A DNA stretch of 64,000 nt from an uncultured Planctomycetaceae bacterium (GTDB lineage Bacteria > Planctomycetota > Planctomycetia > Isosphaerales > Isosphaeraceae), in contig CAWIAD010000001.1 of NCBI GenBank assembly GCA_963833985.1, positions 128,001 through 192,000 of the forward strand, written 5' to 3'. How positions within the stretch are numbered: the first letter of the stretch is position 1; each line of letters begins with the position of its first letter. The notes beneath the pieces were generated by a model. It did no database searches. It was not told the DNA's origin and was given only the letters and a program-made list of their open reading frames with translations. Position numbers and translations under genes: made by a program. Positions 19,663 through 34,224 of this stretch are shown here, in pieces.

Positions 19663-21039
19663 ATGAACACCCCCCGAGATCGCTCACGGCCCGATCCCTC
19701 GCGTCGCGGTTTCCTTCAGCAAACATCCCTGGGCCTGGCCGCGGCCTCGGCCGCCGCGCAAGCGACCCTGCCCCTGGTGCACGCCGGGTCGGGATCGGCC
19801 GGGAAGGATGCCGGGATCAAGATCGGGCTGATCGGATGCGGCGGGCGCGGCACCGGTGCGGTGCTCGACGCCCTTGGCGCGGCCACACGTGTGATCTATC
19901 CCTCCGAGGGCTACCACACTGAGGACGTCGCCGAAGGGGCGAAGGTTGAGCACGCGAACATCCAGGTGGTCGCCCTGGCGGACCTGTTCGACGACCGGCT
20001 GGAGAAGACCCGGACCGAGCTCGGCAAGCTCGGCATCGACATCGCCAAAAACCGCTGCTTCACGGGCTTTGGCGGCTACTCGCAACTGCTCGAGATTCCC
20101 GAGATCAACTACGTCATCCTCGCCACGCCTCCTCATTTCCGGCCCATGCACCTGAAGGCCGCCATCGAGGCGGGCAAGAACGCCTTCATCGAGAAGCCAG
20201 CCGCCGTCGATGCGCCGGGCGTGCACATGGTCATGGAGGCCGGCGAGCTGGCCCGAAAGAAAGGCCTGGGCATCGCCGCCGGAACCCAGCGCAGGCACCA
20301 GAAGAGCTACATCGAGACGATCAAGCGCATCAAGGATGGGGCGATCGGCGAGATCGTCTACGCGAAGGCATACTGGAACGGCGGCCAGATCTGGGTGGTG
20401 GACAAGGAGTCGTCCTGGAGCGACATGGAGTGGCAGATTCGCAACTGGAACTACTTCACCTGGCTGGGCGGCGACCATATCGTCGAGCAGCACGTGCACA
20501 ACCTGGACGTGATGAACTGGGTGATCGGCGCGCACCCGATCCGCGCCGTCTCCGGCCTGGGCGGACGGCAGGCCCGGACGGGCGACAGGCAGGGCCATAT
20601 CTACGATCACTTCGCCGTGGAGTTCGAGTATCCCGGCGGGATCACGGTGTTCAGCCAGTGCCGGCAGATCAACGGCTGCGACAACATCGTCGGCGAGTTC
20701 GTCGCCGGCACGAAGGGTTCAAGCAACTGCACCGACCGCATCGAAAGCAAGGGCGGCTCGGGCCGCTGGCGCTACCGGGGCCCCTCATCCAGCCCGTACC
20801 ACCAGGAGCACCAGGACCTGATCGCCAGCATCCTCGCCGGCCAGCCGATCAACGAGGCGAGGACCATCGCGGAATCCACGCTCACCGGCATCCTCGGGCG
20901 TGAGGCCGTCTACAGCGGCCACGCCATCACCTGGGACGAGGCGATGAAGTCGAAGACCCGGCTGGGCCCGTCGGAATACAAGTTCGGCGCTTGCCCGATC
21001 CCGCCGGTCGCCATCCCGGGCCAGTACCGTTTCACCTGA
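19663..21039 (+). CDS. Tat-exported Gfo/Idh/MocA oxidoreductase
   Basis: SRRGFLQ; IGLIGCGGRG; ATPPHFR; EKP; EQHVHNLDV. Confidence 0.92.
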   Translation: MNTPRDRSRPDPSRRGFLQQTSLGLAAASAAAQATLPLVHAGSGSAGKDAGIKIGLIGCGGRGTGAVLDALGAATRVIYPSEGYHTEDVAEGAKVEHANIQVVALADLFDDRLEKTRTELGKLGIDIAKNRCFTGFGGYSQLLEIPEINYVILATPPHFRPMHLKAAIEAGKNAFIEKPAAVDAPGVHMVMEAGELARKKGLGIAAGTQRRHQKSYIETIKRIKDGAIGEIVYAKAYWNGGQIWVVDKESSWSDMEWQIRNWNYFTWLGGDHIVEQHVHNLDVMNWVIGAHPIRAVSGLGGRQARTGDRQGHIYDHFAVEFEYPGGITVFSQCRQINGCDNIVGEFVAGTKGSSNCTDRIESKGGSGRWRYRGPSSSPYHQEHQDLIASILAGQPINEARTIAESTLTGILGREAVYSGHAITWDEAMKSKTRLGPSEYKFGACPIPPVAIPGQYRFT

Positions 21040-21155
21040 GACGCTCTCCCCCGTGAGACACCATTCCAATGGTGTCTCTTAAATTGAATCATATTTTGAT
21101 TTATATTTTGTTCGATCACAAGATTGCCATCTTGTCTCACGGGGGATGATCTCAC

Positions 21156-24100
21156 ATGAACGAGAAGACGGGGATCGAGTCCCAGGGAGAGTGCTCCGAT
21201 TCTGGTTGCGGCTGCGACACGAGCCGGCGTCGGTTTCTCCAGGTCATCGTCCTGGGGGCCATGGGCTCGATGGCGAGAGCCGACGCGGCCGAGGCCATGG
21301 CCGGGCCCTTTGACGATTCGGATTTCGCCCGGCTCGTCCCCCCCGACAAGAAGCTCTCGGCGGCCTGGATCCGCTCGCTCTTCGAGCGCGGGGAAAGCAC
21401 CGTGTACCAGGGCGACGACCTGGCAAGAATCGGCATGCCCGTCGGCGGCCTCTGCGCGGGGCAGCTTTACCTGGGCGGCGACGGCAAGCTCTGGCACTGG
21501 GACATCTTCAACCGCGTCGAGCACACCAACGAGGCACACTACGCACAGCCGATGCGGCCGGGTTCGCCGCTGGACCAGGGCTTCGCGGTCCGGATCAAGC
21601 ACCAGGGCAAGACCGACCTGCGCACGCTCGACCGCGCGGGCTTTCCGGGCGTCCGCTTTCGCGGCGAGTACCCGATCGGCCTGGTCACTTACGCGGACCC
21701 GTCCTGCCCGGTCGAGGTGATACTGGAAGCCTTCTCGCCCTTCATTCCCTTGAACACCGACGATTCCGGCCTGCCCGCGACGATCCTCTGCTACCGGGTG
21801 AAGAACCTGGCGCAGCAGCCGGTCGAGGTCGAGCTGGGCGGCTGGCTGGAAAACGCGGTTTGCCTGGATACCGGCCAGCCCGCCGACGGCCTGCGGCAGA
21901 ACGCCATCGTGCGTGAACCGGGAGTGCTGTGGCTGGACTGCTCGGCCCAGGCCGCGCCCGAGCCGCCCTCGCGTGATCCGCGTCCGGCCATCGTCCTGGC
22001 CGACTTCGAGGGCGAGACGTACGGGGCCTGGACCGCGGAAGGCCAGGCTTTCGGCGTGCGGCCCAGCCATGGCGCGCCCGGGCCAGAACAACACCTTCGC
22101 GGCTTCCAGGGGAAGGGGCTCGCCAACACCTGGACCGGCAGTGACGGTCCGCAAGGCAAGCTCACCTCGCCCACATTCACGCTCGACCGCGACCACCTCA
22201 ACTTCCTGATCGGCGGGGGGAACCACCCCGGCGAGACCTGCATCAACCTGAAGGTCGACGGCGCCGTGGTGCGCACGGCCACCGGTCCGAGCAGCGACGC
22301 GATGGCCTGGGCGTCGTGGGACGTGCGCGACCTGGCGGGGAAGCCGGCGCGGATCGAGATCGTCGATCACCACTCCGGAGACTGGGGCCATATCGACATC
22401 GACCAGGTCGAGCTGGCCGATACGTCGCGGGTGCCGCGCCTTCCGCTGGCTCGACGCCGGGACTTCGGGACCATGACCCTCGCCCTGCTGGAGGCCGGGC
22501 CGGACGACCGCGGCTCGGCGTCCATTCCGGCGGCAGGAACAGCCGAGGCCGTCTTCAGTGCGGGCCTTCCCGGTTCCAGGCCTTTCGGCACCAGGCTGGT
22601 CGGATCTCTGGTGCGGACGATGAAACTTGATCCCGGCGCGGAGGCGACGGCCCGGTTTGTCATCACCTGGCATTTCCCGAACCTGTCGCTTCCCGGCACG
22701 CGGCTCCCCGCCGACCTGGGCCGGTACTACGCCACGCGGTTCGCCTCCGCCGCGGACGTCACCCGCTACATCGCCAGCGAGCATCACCGGCTGGAACGCG
22801 AGACGCGGCTCTGGCATCAGACCTGGTACGATTCCACCCTGCCCCACTGGTTCCTGGACCGGACGTTCGCCAACACCTCGATCCTGGCGACGTCCACCTG
22901 CCATCGCTTCCGGAACGGCCGGTTCTACGGCTGGGAAGGCGTGGGCTGCTGTGCGGGAACCTGCACCCACGTCTGGCATTACGCCCATGCCGTGGCGCGG
23001 CTCTTTCCCGAGCTGGAGCGGATTCTTCGAGAGCGTGTCGACTTCGCGCCCGGCGTGGGCTTCGACCCCGCAACGGGCATCGTCAGCCACCGCGCGGAGG
23101 AGCCGGTGGGCCCGGCGGTGGACGGCCAGGCGGGGAACATCCTGCGCACGTACCGCGAGCATCAGATGTCGGTGGACTCGGCGTTTCTGAAGCGTCTCTG
23201 GCCGCGGGTGAAGCAGGCCCTCGAGTACCTGATCCGGCACGATCCCAACAGTGACGGCCTGCTCGAGGGAGCGCAGCACAACACGCTGGACGCCCAGTGG
23301 TTCGGCGTGGTGCCCTGGCTCAGCTCGCTGTACATCGCGGCGCTGGCCGCCGGTGAGGCCATGGCGATCGAGCTCGGTGACCGGGAGTTCGCCCGGCTCT
23401 GCCGGCAGCTTGCCGAGCGCGGGTCGAAGAACCTCGTCGCGACCCTCTGGAACGAGTCGTACGGCTACTTCATCCAGCACCCGGATCCCGCGCACGCCCG
23501 GGCGGTTGGCTCCTATGACGGCTGCGAGATCGACCAGGTCTTCGGCCAGCACTGGGCCTTTCAGGTGGGCCTCGACCGCATCCTCGACGCACCGCACGCG
23601 CAGCGGGCCTTGCGGTCGCTCTGGACGTACAACTTCACGCCCGACGTCGGCCCCTACCGCAAGGTGCACACGGCGGGGCGGTGGTACGCCATGCCCGGTG
23701 AGGCCGGGCTGCTGATGGTCACCTTCCCGAAGGGGAACGACCCCCAGATCAACGACCCGACCGGCGGCTGGTCGGCCATGTACTTCAATGAGTGCATGAA
23801 CGGCTTCGAGTACCAGGCAGCCGGCCACATGATCTGGGAGAACCTGGTGCAGGAGGGCCTGGCGATCACTCGAGCCATCCATGACCGCTATCACGGCTCA
23901 CGGCGTAACCCCTGGAACGAGGTCGAGTGTGGCGACCATTACGCCCGGTCGATGGCCAGTTACGCCGTCTTTCTGGCCGCCTGCGGCTACAACCATCACG
24001 GACCGAAGGGGTCGCTCGCGTTCGCGCCCGGATCGGGGCCGACGACTTTCGCGCCGCCTTCACCACCGCCGAAGGCTGGGGCACCTTCTCCCAGCGCCGG

Positions 24101-24337
24101 GGCGATCGTGAACTCACCGCCACGCTTGACGTCCGCTGGGGACGCCTCAGGCTTGAGCACCTGCGACTCGTCCACAGGGACACATTCCAGCCATCGGAGC
24201 TCACTGTGAGCCTTGCCGGGAAGCCTCTCGCGGGCGTGCGCTTCCGGCCCGGCCAGCCGGCGACCGTCCTGGACATCGAGTTCCCCGAGCCGGTTCTGAT
24301 CGAGTCAGGTCGCCAGCTTTCCTTGCGAGTGCGTTAA
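21156..24337 (+). CDS. GH116-family glycoside hydrolase with Tat signal and an inserted module; frameshift at ~24030
   Basis: SRRRFL; IGMPVGGLCAG; GEYPI; AFSPFIP; WEGVGCCAGTCTHVW; NPWNEVECGDHYAR; tail continues as ORF ending at 24337. Confidence 0.85.
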
Positions 24338-24670
24338 CACGGCGGCCAGGCAATTGGTCGTAAATCGCAGTGCTTCGACCACTTGCGCCGCGGGGGCAGA
24401 CCCATCCTGGTTCGGCCGGCCTCTCAGGCAGTCGCTGCTGCAATTCCTGCTTTTCTTGTTGTCTTTCGGGACATCAGGTCAATCCGCTTGTTTTCGGGTG
24501 CCGAACCCGGAAACGGGTGTCATACTTCATGAGGAGCAGTGTTGCGAGGTCGCACCTCTCCTGTGGTAAGTTATCAACGGTTTCTGACGACCGGAGAGGC
24601 GCTGGAGCCAGGGTTGTGGGGTTCTGAGGCATGGTTGGATGACCATGTACGGAGATGGAGGGGTCACCGG

Positions 24671-26020
24671 ATGATGGGGCATGGAGGAGTTCGAGGCGGC
24701 CTTGCCGGGCTGTTTCTGGCATTTCACCTGGCAACAGGGGCGAGCCTGGCATCTGGGGCGGAGCCTCGGCCGAACATCGTGCTCATTGTCGCCGATGACC
24801 TGGGCGTGGCCGACGTGGGCTACAACGGCCGGACCGAGTGGTCGACCCCGAACCTGGACCGGCTGGCAGCCGGCGGCATGATTCTCAGGCGGTGCTACGT
24901 CGGGTCGCCGGTGTGCGGACCTAGCCGCGCCTGCTATTTGACCGGCCGGTATTCTATTCACAACGGAGTCCGCAGGAACGATCAGGACCTGCCGGCCGAG
25001 GAAGTGACCATCGCCGAGGCGCTCCGGCCGCGCGGTTATCACAGCGGGCTCTTCGGCAAATGGCAGCATGGCAAGCCACGTGCCGGGGCCGAACATTACG
25101 TGCACCCCATGGATCAGGGGTTCGACGATTTCTACGGCTATACCGACTCGTACGACGCTCTCGAGAAGTTTCCGGTGCAGGTCTGGCAGGGACGACAGCG
25201 CGTGCCTGTATCCGGGTATATCGATGACGTGATCACCGACCAGGCGATCGCCTTCGTGGATCACCGCAAGGACGGCCCGTTCTTCCTGAATCTCTCCTAC
25301 CTGGCGCCCCACTTCGCCATCTCGGCCCCCGTCGACGAGGTCGAACATCGTAAATCGGCGATGCCCGGTGAGGAGCCTCAGCATTCCCGAAACGCAACGT
25401 ATGCGGCGATGATCACACGGATGGATTGGAACATCGGCCGACTGCTTGATAGAATGGGACAGGCCGGCGTGACGGCCAGGACGTTGATCGTCTTCACGAG
25501 CGACAACGGCGCGACGTTCGAGTTCGGCAATCAGGGCACCAGCGCGGCGCTCGATAGCAACCGCCCGTTGCGCGGCCAGAAACGCACGCTCTGGGAGGGG
25601 GGCATTCGAGTTCCGGGGTTCGTATTCTGGCCAGGCAAGGTGCCGGCCGGCCGGGTCTGCGATGAGAACGTTCTGTTGATGGACCTGCTTCCCACGTTCG
25701 TGGCCGCCTCTGGAGGTACGGTCGAGCCGTCCTGGAAGATCGACGGCGTGAACTTGCTGCCGGTCTGGACCGGTACGGCTCATGCGCCTGAACGGACCAT
25801 GTTCTGGGAATGGCAGAGCGAAGGTACCGACCAGCTGGCGGCCCTCCGGGGCGACTGGAAACTCGTGATGGACCATGGTGGCAAGCCCGAGCTCTACGAC
25901 CTTGCCGCGGACCCCGCCGAGCGGCGCGACCTGTCCGCGACCCACCCCGAGCAAGTTCGTCGGCTTCGATCGGAGCTCGAATCCTGGATGGCGACCCAGG
26001 ACCCGCGCGGAAGGGAATAA
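24671..26020 (+). CDS. Cys-type sulfatase (S1)
   Basis: PNIVLIVADDLG; CGPSRACYLTG (CxPxR); GKWQ; SDNG; LWEGGIRVP. Confidence 0.95.
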   Translation: MMGHGGVRGGLAGLFLAFHLATGASLASGAEPRPNIVLIVADDLGVADVGYNGRTEWSTPNLDRLAAGGMILRRCYVGSPVCGPSRACYLTGRYSIHNGVRRNDQDLPAEEVTIAEALRPRGYHSGLFGKWQHGKPRAGAEHYVHPMDQGFDDFYGYTDSYDALEKFPVQVWQGRQRVPVSGYIDDVITDQAIAFVDHRKDGPFFLNLSYLAPHFAISAPVDEVEHRKSAMPGEEPQHSRNATYAAMITRMDWNIGRLLDRMGQAGVTARTLIVFTSDNGATFEFGNQGTSAALDSNRPLRGQKRTLWEGGIRVPGFVFWPGKVPAGRVCDENVLLMDLLPTFVAASGGTVEPSWKIDGVNLLPVWTGTAHAPERTMFWEWQSEGTDQLAALRGDWKLVMDHGGKPELYDLAADPAERRDLSATHPEQVRRLRSELESWMATQDPRGRE

Positions 26021-26141
26021 GCGGCCACGCAGCGCCGCGGTGTGAGACACCACGTTGTTCACGGCCGGATTGGGACGCCGGCCAGCCCGATGGTCGATCC
26101 GTGAATGGAACGGCTTCCCGACACGGTGAAAGGCTCAAGTC

Positions 26142-26699
26142 ATGAAAGCATCCATGCCGTTTTTCCTGATTCTTCTTGGCCTTAGCGCGTTCGGGTCCGA
26201 CGAGGTCGCGCCCAGAGACGGCGACCTGGCCCGCCTTCAGGGGCAGTGGTGCGCGAAGGCCGGCAGCCGGCGCGACATCCAGGTGCAGATCGAGATCAAG
26301 GGCCGTGCAGTCCGGGCCCAGATCAAGACGCCGCAAGGCCTTGATTTCAAGGTTCAGGCCGAGGTGAAGCTCGACGAGACGACCAACCCGCGCAGCCTGG
26401 ACTGGAAGAAGCTGAAGGGACCCGACCAGCAGCCGCTGCCGGAAATCGCGGCGGTGTACAAGCTCGACGGCGATACCTTCACCGTCTGCAACGGGGGTTT
26501 CCTCGGCCCCAGGCCGAAGGAGTTCAAGCCCGGCGAAGGTGTGCTCTCCGACGTGGTCGTCTTCCATCGCCTGGACGCGAAGCCCTCGGCCACCCGGACC
26601 CAAGCACCGTCCCCTGCCCCTGCCCCTGCCTCTGACCCTGCCCGGACCGACTCCCGGTCCACCGTCGCTGCCCGGCCTCCCTCCAAGGCCGCACGCTGA
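26142..26699 (+). CDS. TIGR03067 domain protein
   Basis: DLARLQGQW...KLDETTNPRSLDW...VYKLDGDTFTVC...RPKEF. Confidence 0.85.
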   Translation: MKASMPFFLILLGLSAFGSDEVAPRDGDLARLQGQWCAKAGSRRDIQVQIEIKGRAVRAQIKTPQGLDFKVQAEVKLDETTNPRSLDWKKLKGPDQQPLPEIAAVYKLDGDTFTVCNGGFLGPRPKEFKPGEGVLSDVVVFHRLDAKPSATRTQAPSPAPAPASDPARTDSRSTVAARPPSKAAR

Positions 26700-26908
26700 A
26701 GTCCTGCAACGGAGACTCAGCCCCCTCCCGACCACCCTGAGTCGCCGTCGCCGAGTGCCCCACGACCAGCAGGCCCGCGCGATCGCACCCGGGCCCCGCG
26801 CTGCTCGCGCGCGCCGCGGCTTCTTACGCCCCGCACCTGGCATCCGCTTTGCTGACCACTCCTGCCGGAGACGTGAATTCGAGCCCCCCAGCTCCAGGAG
26901 CCCGCACC

Positions 26909-27103
26909 ATGGCGAAATTTGGTCCCAAGGCCCAGGAAGAGGTCAAGGAAGCGATGCACGAGTTCAAGGAAGGGAAGCTCAAGAGCGGTGGCAAGTCCAG
27001 GAAGAAGGTCACAAACCCCAAGCAGGCCATTGCCATCGGCCTGTCCAAGGCGCGCAAAGAGGAAGCGAAGGTGCCCAGGAAGAGCTCCAAGAAGAGTGAC
27101 TGA
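26909..27103 (+). CDS. DUF6496-type small basic protein
   Basis: VKEAMHEFKEGKLKSG...VTNPKQAIAIGLSKAR; AGGAG RBS. Confidence 0.85.
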   Translation: MAKFGPKAQEEVKEAMHEFKEGKLKSGGKSRKKVTNPKQAIAIGLSKARKEEAKVPRKSSKKSD

Positions 27104-27122
27104 GCCGCCCCGCTCGTGCGGT

Positions 27123-27425
27123 TCACGTCAACTGCCGGGGAAATGTTCGCTCCATGATCCGCTTCAGGCCCGCGGAGAGCGGCCCGCCGAGCAGCCGGCC
27201 AAGCATCGCGATATCGCCCGTGGCGTGCACGTTCTCCGCGTCCACCAGCATCTCCAGCCAGAACCCCGCCCCGTCGATGCGCACCTGGCTGCGATCCTCG
27301 TTCCAGTTCACCTGCTGGATGAGCGGTCCGAACAGCTTGCGCAGCTCCCCCAGCGCGTACTCCAGCCGGCCCTTCGCCTCGTCCCGGGTCTGACCGTGCT
27401 TCAGGCTCATCGTGATCAGCGACAT
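27123..27425 (-). CDS. Putative polyhydroxyalkanoic-acid-system family protein
   Basis: ITMSLKHGQTRDEAKGRLE...VNW pattern; 100 aa. Confidence 0.65.
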   Translation of the reverse strand: MSLITMSLKHGQTRDEAKGRLEYALGELRKLFGPLIQQVNWNEDRSQVRIDGAGFWLEMLVDAENVHATGDIAMLGRLLGGPLSAGLKRIMERTFPRQLT

Positions 27426-27533
27426 CGTGATCTCTCGCCTACCGGCGCGGACGCCGCGAAAGGATCCTGATAAAACAGAGATCGTTCTGCAAGCTCACAC
27501 GCAGCTATCGTGCCGAGACACGGAGACAGGCCG

Positions 27534-28445
27534 ATGCAGGCAGCCCGCGCGGCATTTCCCGGATCGACGGAACTCTTCATCACGCGCTCCGGCCGACCGC
27601 TGGAGGTGCAGGAATACGGCGATCGGGCTGGACACCCGGCGCTCTTCTTCCACGGGCTCATTGGCTCGCACTACCAGGCCTCGTACATTGCCTCGGAGGC
27701 GAAGCGCCACGGGCTGCGAATCATTGCGCCCAACCGCCCTGGCGTGGGCAGGTCGCAGTTCGTCCACCGCGATACGGCCCTGGAAGTTGTTCCGGATGTC
27801 GAGGACCTGACGGCCGCCCTGAAGATCGATCAATTCAGCATGATCGGCATCTCGGGCGGAACACCTTATGCGCTGGCGTGCTTGTATCGGCTGGGTCCGC
27901 GGATCGCCAGCACGACGATCATCAGCGGCATGGGCCCGATGCGGTTGCCCGGCGCACTCCAGGGCATGGACCGCCAGCGCCGGATGGCTCTGGAGGTTGG
28001 CTCGCGCTATTCCCACCTGGCGAAGAACGAGGCCCGGCGCTGGGGCGAGCGCTTCCGGTCCCAGCCGGCCGCGTTCCTCCGCGCCCTGGTACTGACCTGG
28101 CCCGCCACGGACCAGGAGATCTTTGCCCGCCCGGAGATCTTCGACCTCTTCCTCCAGGACCTGCGCCAGGTCTTCATGGACGGCGACGGTCCCGAGACCT
28201 TCGCGCAGGAGCTGCGCCTGTACCGCAATTACCGCTTCAGCCTGGCCGAATTGCCCCGCGATGGCCACGTGACGCTTTGGCAAGGCTTGCACGACGTCAT
28301 CGTGCCGCCGGTCATGGGCTGGAAGCTGGCCCAGGCCATTCCATCGTGCGAGGCCCACTTCGTTCCGGGCGGCCATTTCGTGGCGATCACCATCGCGGAG
28401 CAGATCATTGCGCGGCTCGAGCAGCAGCTTGGTCGAGGAGACTGA
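27534..28445 (+). CDS. Alpha/beta hydrolase
   Basis: FFHG; NRPGVGRS; GISGG nucleophile elbow; WQGLHD; GGH. Confidence 0.9.
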   Translation: MQAARAAFPGSTELFITRSGRPLEVQEYGDRAGHPALFFHGLIGSHYQASYIASEAKRHGLRIIAPNRPGVGRSQFVHRDTALEVVPDVEDLTAALKIDQFSMIGISGGTPYALACLYRLGPRIASTTIISGMGPMRLPGALQGMDRQRRMALEVGSRYSHLAKNEARRWGERFRSQPAAFLRALVLTWPATDQEIFARPEIFDLFLQDLRQVFMDGDGPETFAQELRLYRNYRFSLAELPRDGHVTLWQGLHDVIVPPVMGWKLAQAIPSCEAHFVPGGHFVAITIAEQIIARLEQQLGRGD

Positions 28446-28557
28446 GCCGAGCCGCGCGGAGCCACCCGCGCGAAGAGCATGTTTCTGTTCGTGGGCTTGC
28501 ACTAGGTTGGTTATTCACATATCAATAAAACATTCGCTCTGTCGCGGATCGCTCCGG

Positions 28558-30272
28558 TTATTCCAGTTGCGGCCGCATGGGGAGATAGTGCGGTTGCCAC
28601 ATCGTCTCGTCGACCATCCGCTCGAGTTCGTCGGCGGAGCACGCGGCAGCCAGACCTTCAGCCTGGGCAGCCACGGCGACCGCCAGCGCAATGGCACGCG
28701 CCACCGCTCGAGACTCCTCCAGGGGTGGCAGGAGCGGCCCGTTTGGGTCTTGCCGCGCCGGGCGCTCCCGGCAAGCGCCTGCGCGGCCGACATCAACATG
28801 GCGTCGCTCACGCGCCGGGCCTTGACCGCCAGTACGCCCAGCCCTAACCCCGGGAAAACGTAACTGTTGTTGCACTGCGCGATGGGATACGTCCGGCCGT
28901 CGTGAGAGACGGGCTCGAACGGACTGCCGGTCGCAACCAGGGCACGGCCGTCGCTCCAGGCAATCAGGTCTCGCGGCTTCGCCTCGGAGCGCGAGGTGGG
29001 ATTTGAAAGTGGGAAGATGATCGGCCGGTCGACGTGCTGCGTCATGGCCCGCACGACGGCTTCGCTGAAAACTCCGGGTTGCCCTGAAGTGCCGATCAGG
29101 ATGGTGGGACGCGCATTCCGAACCACGTCGCCCAGGCTGACGGCTGCGTCGGAGCCGGAGCGCCAGGAGGCAATCCGCTCGCTGGGCTGAGCAAACCTCC
29201 GGGCCGCGGATGTCAGTCCCGCCAGCCCATCGTGCAGAAGCCCTTCCCGGTCGACCAGGAAGAACCGCGACCGCGCCTCGCCTTCGGCCAGCCCCTCCGC
29301 GACCATGGCCGCGACCAGTTGCTCGGCGATGCCGGTTCCCGCCGAACCCGCGCCGAGGATCACCACGCGCTGGTCGCGCAGTTGCCCGCCGGCCACACTC
29401 ACGGCGGCCAGCAGCGCTCCGGTGGTCACGGCCGCCGTCCCCTGAATATCGTCGTTGAACGTGCACAGCCGGTCGCGATAGCGCTCCAGGATGGGAGCCG
29501 CGTGCGGCTTTGCGAAATCTTCCCACTGAAGCAAGGCGTGGGGGAACTTGTGCTCGACCGAGGCGACGAAGGCTTCGATGAACGAATCGTATTCTTCACC
29601 GGCGATCCGCTCGTGCCGCCAGCCCACGTACATCGGGTCTTCGAGACGCTCCTTGTTGTTCGTGCCCACGTCCAGCAGCACCGGCAGAGTGGTCGCAGGG
29701 TGAATCCCTCCGCAGGCCGCGTACAGGGAAAGCTTGCCGATGGGAATGCCCATTCCTCCGGCACCCTGGTCTCCCAGCCCGAGGATCCGTTCGCCGTCGG
29801 TCACGACGATCAGCTCGATGCGCGGACTGGGAGCGTTGCCGAGAATCTCCTCCAGGCTGTCACGCTCCGGATAGGCCACGAACAGCCCGCGCGGGCGTCG
29901 GAAGATATGGCTGAATCGCTCGCACGCCAGGCCGACGGTCGGCGTGTAGATCACCGGCATCATCTCGCTGATGTGGTCGATGAGCACCCGGTAGAACAGC
30001 GTCTCGTTCGTATCCTGAAGCTGGCGCAGGTAGATGTGCCGTTCCAGGTCGGACGGCTTGTCCTGGTAGGCCTCGTACGCGCGGGCCGCCTGCTCCTCCA
30101 GACTCTCCTCGACAGGAGGCAGCAGCCCGAGCAGCCCGAACTGGTGCCGCTCTTCCCGGGTGAAGGCCGTCCCCTTGTTGAGCAGGGGCTTTTCCAGCAG
30201 GAGATGACCGGCGAACGGGACGCGCAATGCCGCCTGTTCCGGCCTGCCGCTGACCATCGTTTCTTTGTCCAT
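28558..30272 (-). CDS. maeA: NAD-dependent malic enzyme; frameshift at ~28760
   Basis: [57 protein letters not shown]; tail ...MWQPHY in the alternate frame. Confidence 0.95.
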
Positions 30273-30576
30273 CAGGCTCCTCCGCGGGCCGATTCTCGGT
30301 GGTTGCCGCTCGTCCATCCTGAACGAGGCGGAATTTATTTATTCATTCACACTCGCACCCCAGATCAAGAAGTAATCGAACTCCCCGAAATCCAAGCAGT
30401 CAAAACGGTCCCTCACCCTTCCCGGCAACGCATACGGTGACTGACTGCGATGATCCTCAGTCGATCCCGAAATTGCAACGTGCCAGCCGCCCATTGGACA
30501 CCGATCCAGGAAGCAAGTACCGGGCCAGAGGTTCCCGAGCACGCGGCCACGTGCTCCAGCACGCAGCAGCACCGAA

Positions 30577-30704
30577 CGCATGGCCGCGTGCGCCAGCACT
30601 TGGTTTTCACGGGCGCAGCTTCCAGCCTCGGGCCTCCGCCCGGCCAGTACCCCGCCGCCCGCCCGATCCGAACGTCGCGCCATCACACCCACCGCCCTGT
30701 CACT
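30577..30704 (+). repeat. Dispersed repeat family D, copy 1 (inverted relative to 33680-33795)
   Basis: CGCATGGCC..GTGCG.CAGCACTTGGTTTTCACGGGCGCAGC.TCCA.CCTCGGGC.TCCGCCC..CCAGTACCC matches the reverse complement of 33707-33795. Confidence 0.85.
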
Positions 30705-30906
30705 GCCGCCCGCCCGCAGCACCGCGCTTCTGTTTTTTGTCCTTGTCCACGTCTTACCTGGGGCATCCGGAGAATAGCATGTGTAGTCTCCGCATTCTTG
30801 GCGAAGAAAGTGATTGCTCATCGAACCGGCGAGACAGGCGGCACCAGAGCCATGATGCCTCGCGAGATGTGTGCACCCCGCTCCTTCCCGCTGCTTCGTG
30901 ACCGAG

Positions 30907-33423
<2,517 letters not shown>

Positions 33424-33679
33424 CAGTCAGTCTCCGGAAGCGCGGTGTGCGGCCGCCTCTGAAGAAAGGAGCCGATTCCGCTCGCAATTGATCGGGAAAG
33501 CAAGAGATTACCACAAACCGATCGCCAGCCACTCTCCTTGGATGCTTGAGGCCTCGAGATCTGGCAAGGGGCAGGCACGATTCGGTCGTCCCACGAACCC
33601 GGACGAGGCCCGAGCTCGGAAGGCAACGTGCAGCCCTGCCATCGCGTCAGGCCGCGATGTCTCGAACGCCCCGGACTGA

Positions 33680-33795
33680 GTGACTGTAGGGCATGCGATG
33701 GCGTGCCGGGTGCGCGGCAGGGTACTGGTGGGGCGGACGCCCGAGGTTGGAGGCTGCGCCCGTGAAAACCAAGTGCTGTCGCACCTGGCCATGCG
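33680..33795 (-). repeat. Dispersed repeat family D, copy 2
   Basis: Reverse-complement match to 30577-30704. Confidence 0.85.
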
Positions 33796-33858
33796 CCGCG
33801 GGCTCCAGGCGTAAGCGGACGCCGCCATGTCCACAAGGCCCCGGACGGAGGCAGTCGT

Positions 33859-34065
33859 GCAGAGTGTGTCGGGCGCAGCCACGACGCACCGATGCGCGGC
33901 CCTGACTTTACCAGTGGTGCGTCGTCGCTGCGCTTGACGTACCATACAAATGCTCACGCATGCGATCATCATCTGCGTAAGGTGTGTCCAGCGCAGCGAC
34001 GACGCACCGATACGTGGCCCTGGCTTTAGCACTTGTGCGTCGTCGCTGCGCTGGACGCACCCTAC
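33859..34065. repeat. Two tandem GTAG-type REP doublets (REPIN/BIME-like), family C
   Basis: Four alternating halves of GTAGGGTGCGTCCAGCGCAGCGACGACGCACC at 33859-33890, 33916-33947, 33977-34008 and 34035-34065. Confidence 0.85.
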
Positions 34066-34213
34066 CAAAGATCCCATAGCGAGCTTGGGGCCAAGGAGGC
34101 AAGAACCAGCGTTCGCAATCTTTCAGCAGGCACCGGCGGCAGCAAGGGTGCCAACGGCGAAAACCGACTGGTTGACCTGGCGCCAGCACGCGGGGACACT
34201 CGAATGGGCCCAC
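34066..34213 (-). pseudogene. Truncated Cys-rich ORF (RRCLLKDCERWF...ARY), cut by a REP
   Basis: N-terminal part of ORF 33908-34213 has a CxxxxC zinc-knuckle-like start and runs into the REP at 34065. Confidence 0.4.
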
Positions 34214-34224
34214 GGGAAGGCTTC

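Noticed and set aside
20910..23894. 994-aa minus-strand ORF and many similar long antisense ORFs (e.g. 13300-15228, 48323-50299)
   Set aside because: Shadow ORFs of high-GC genes on the opposite strand; they have no motifs.
33859..34065. CRISPR array
   Set aside because: The units alternate in orientation as REP doublets, and no cas genes are present.
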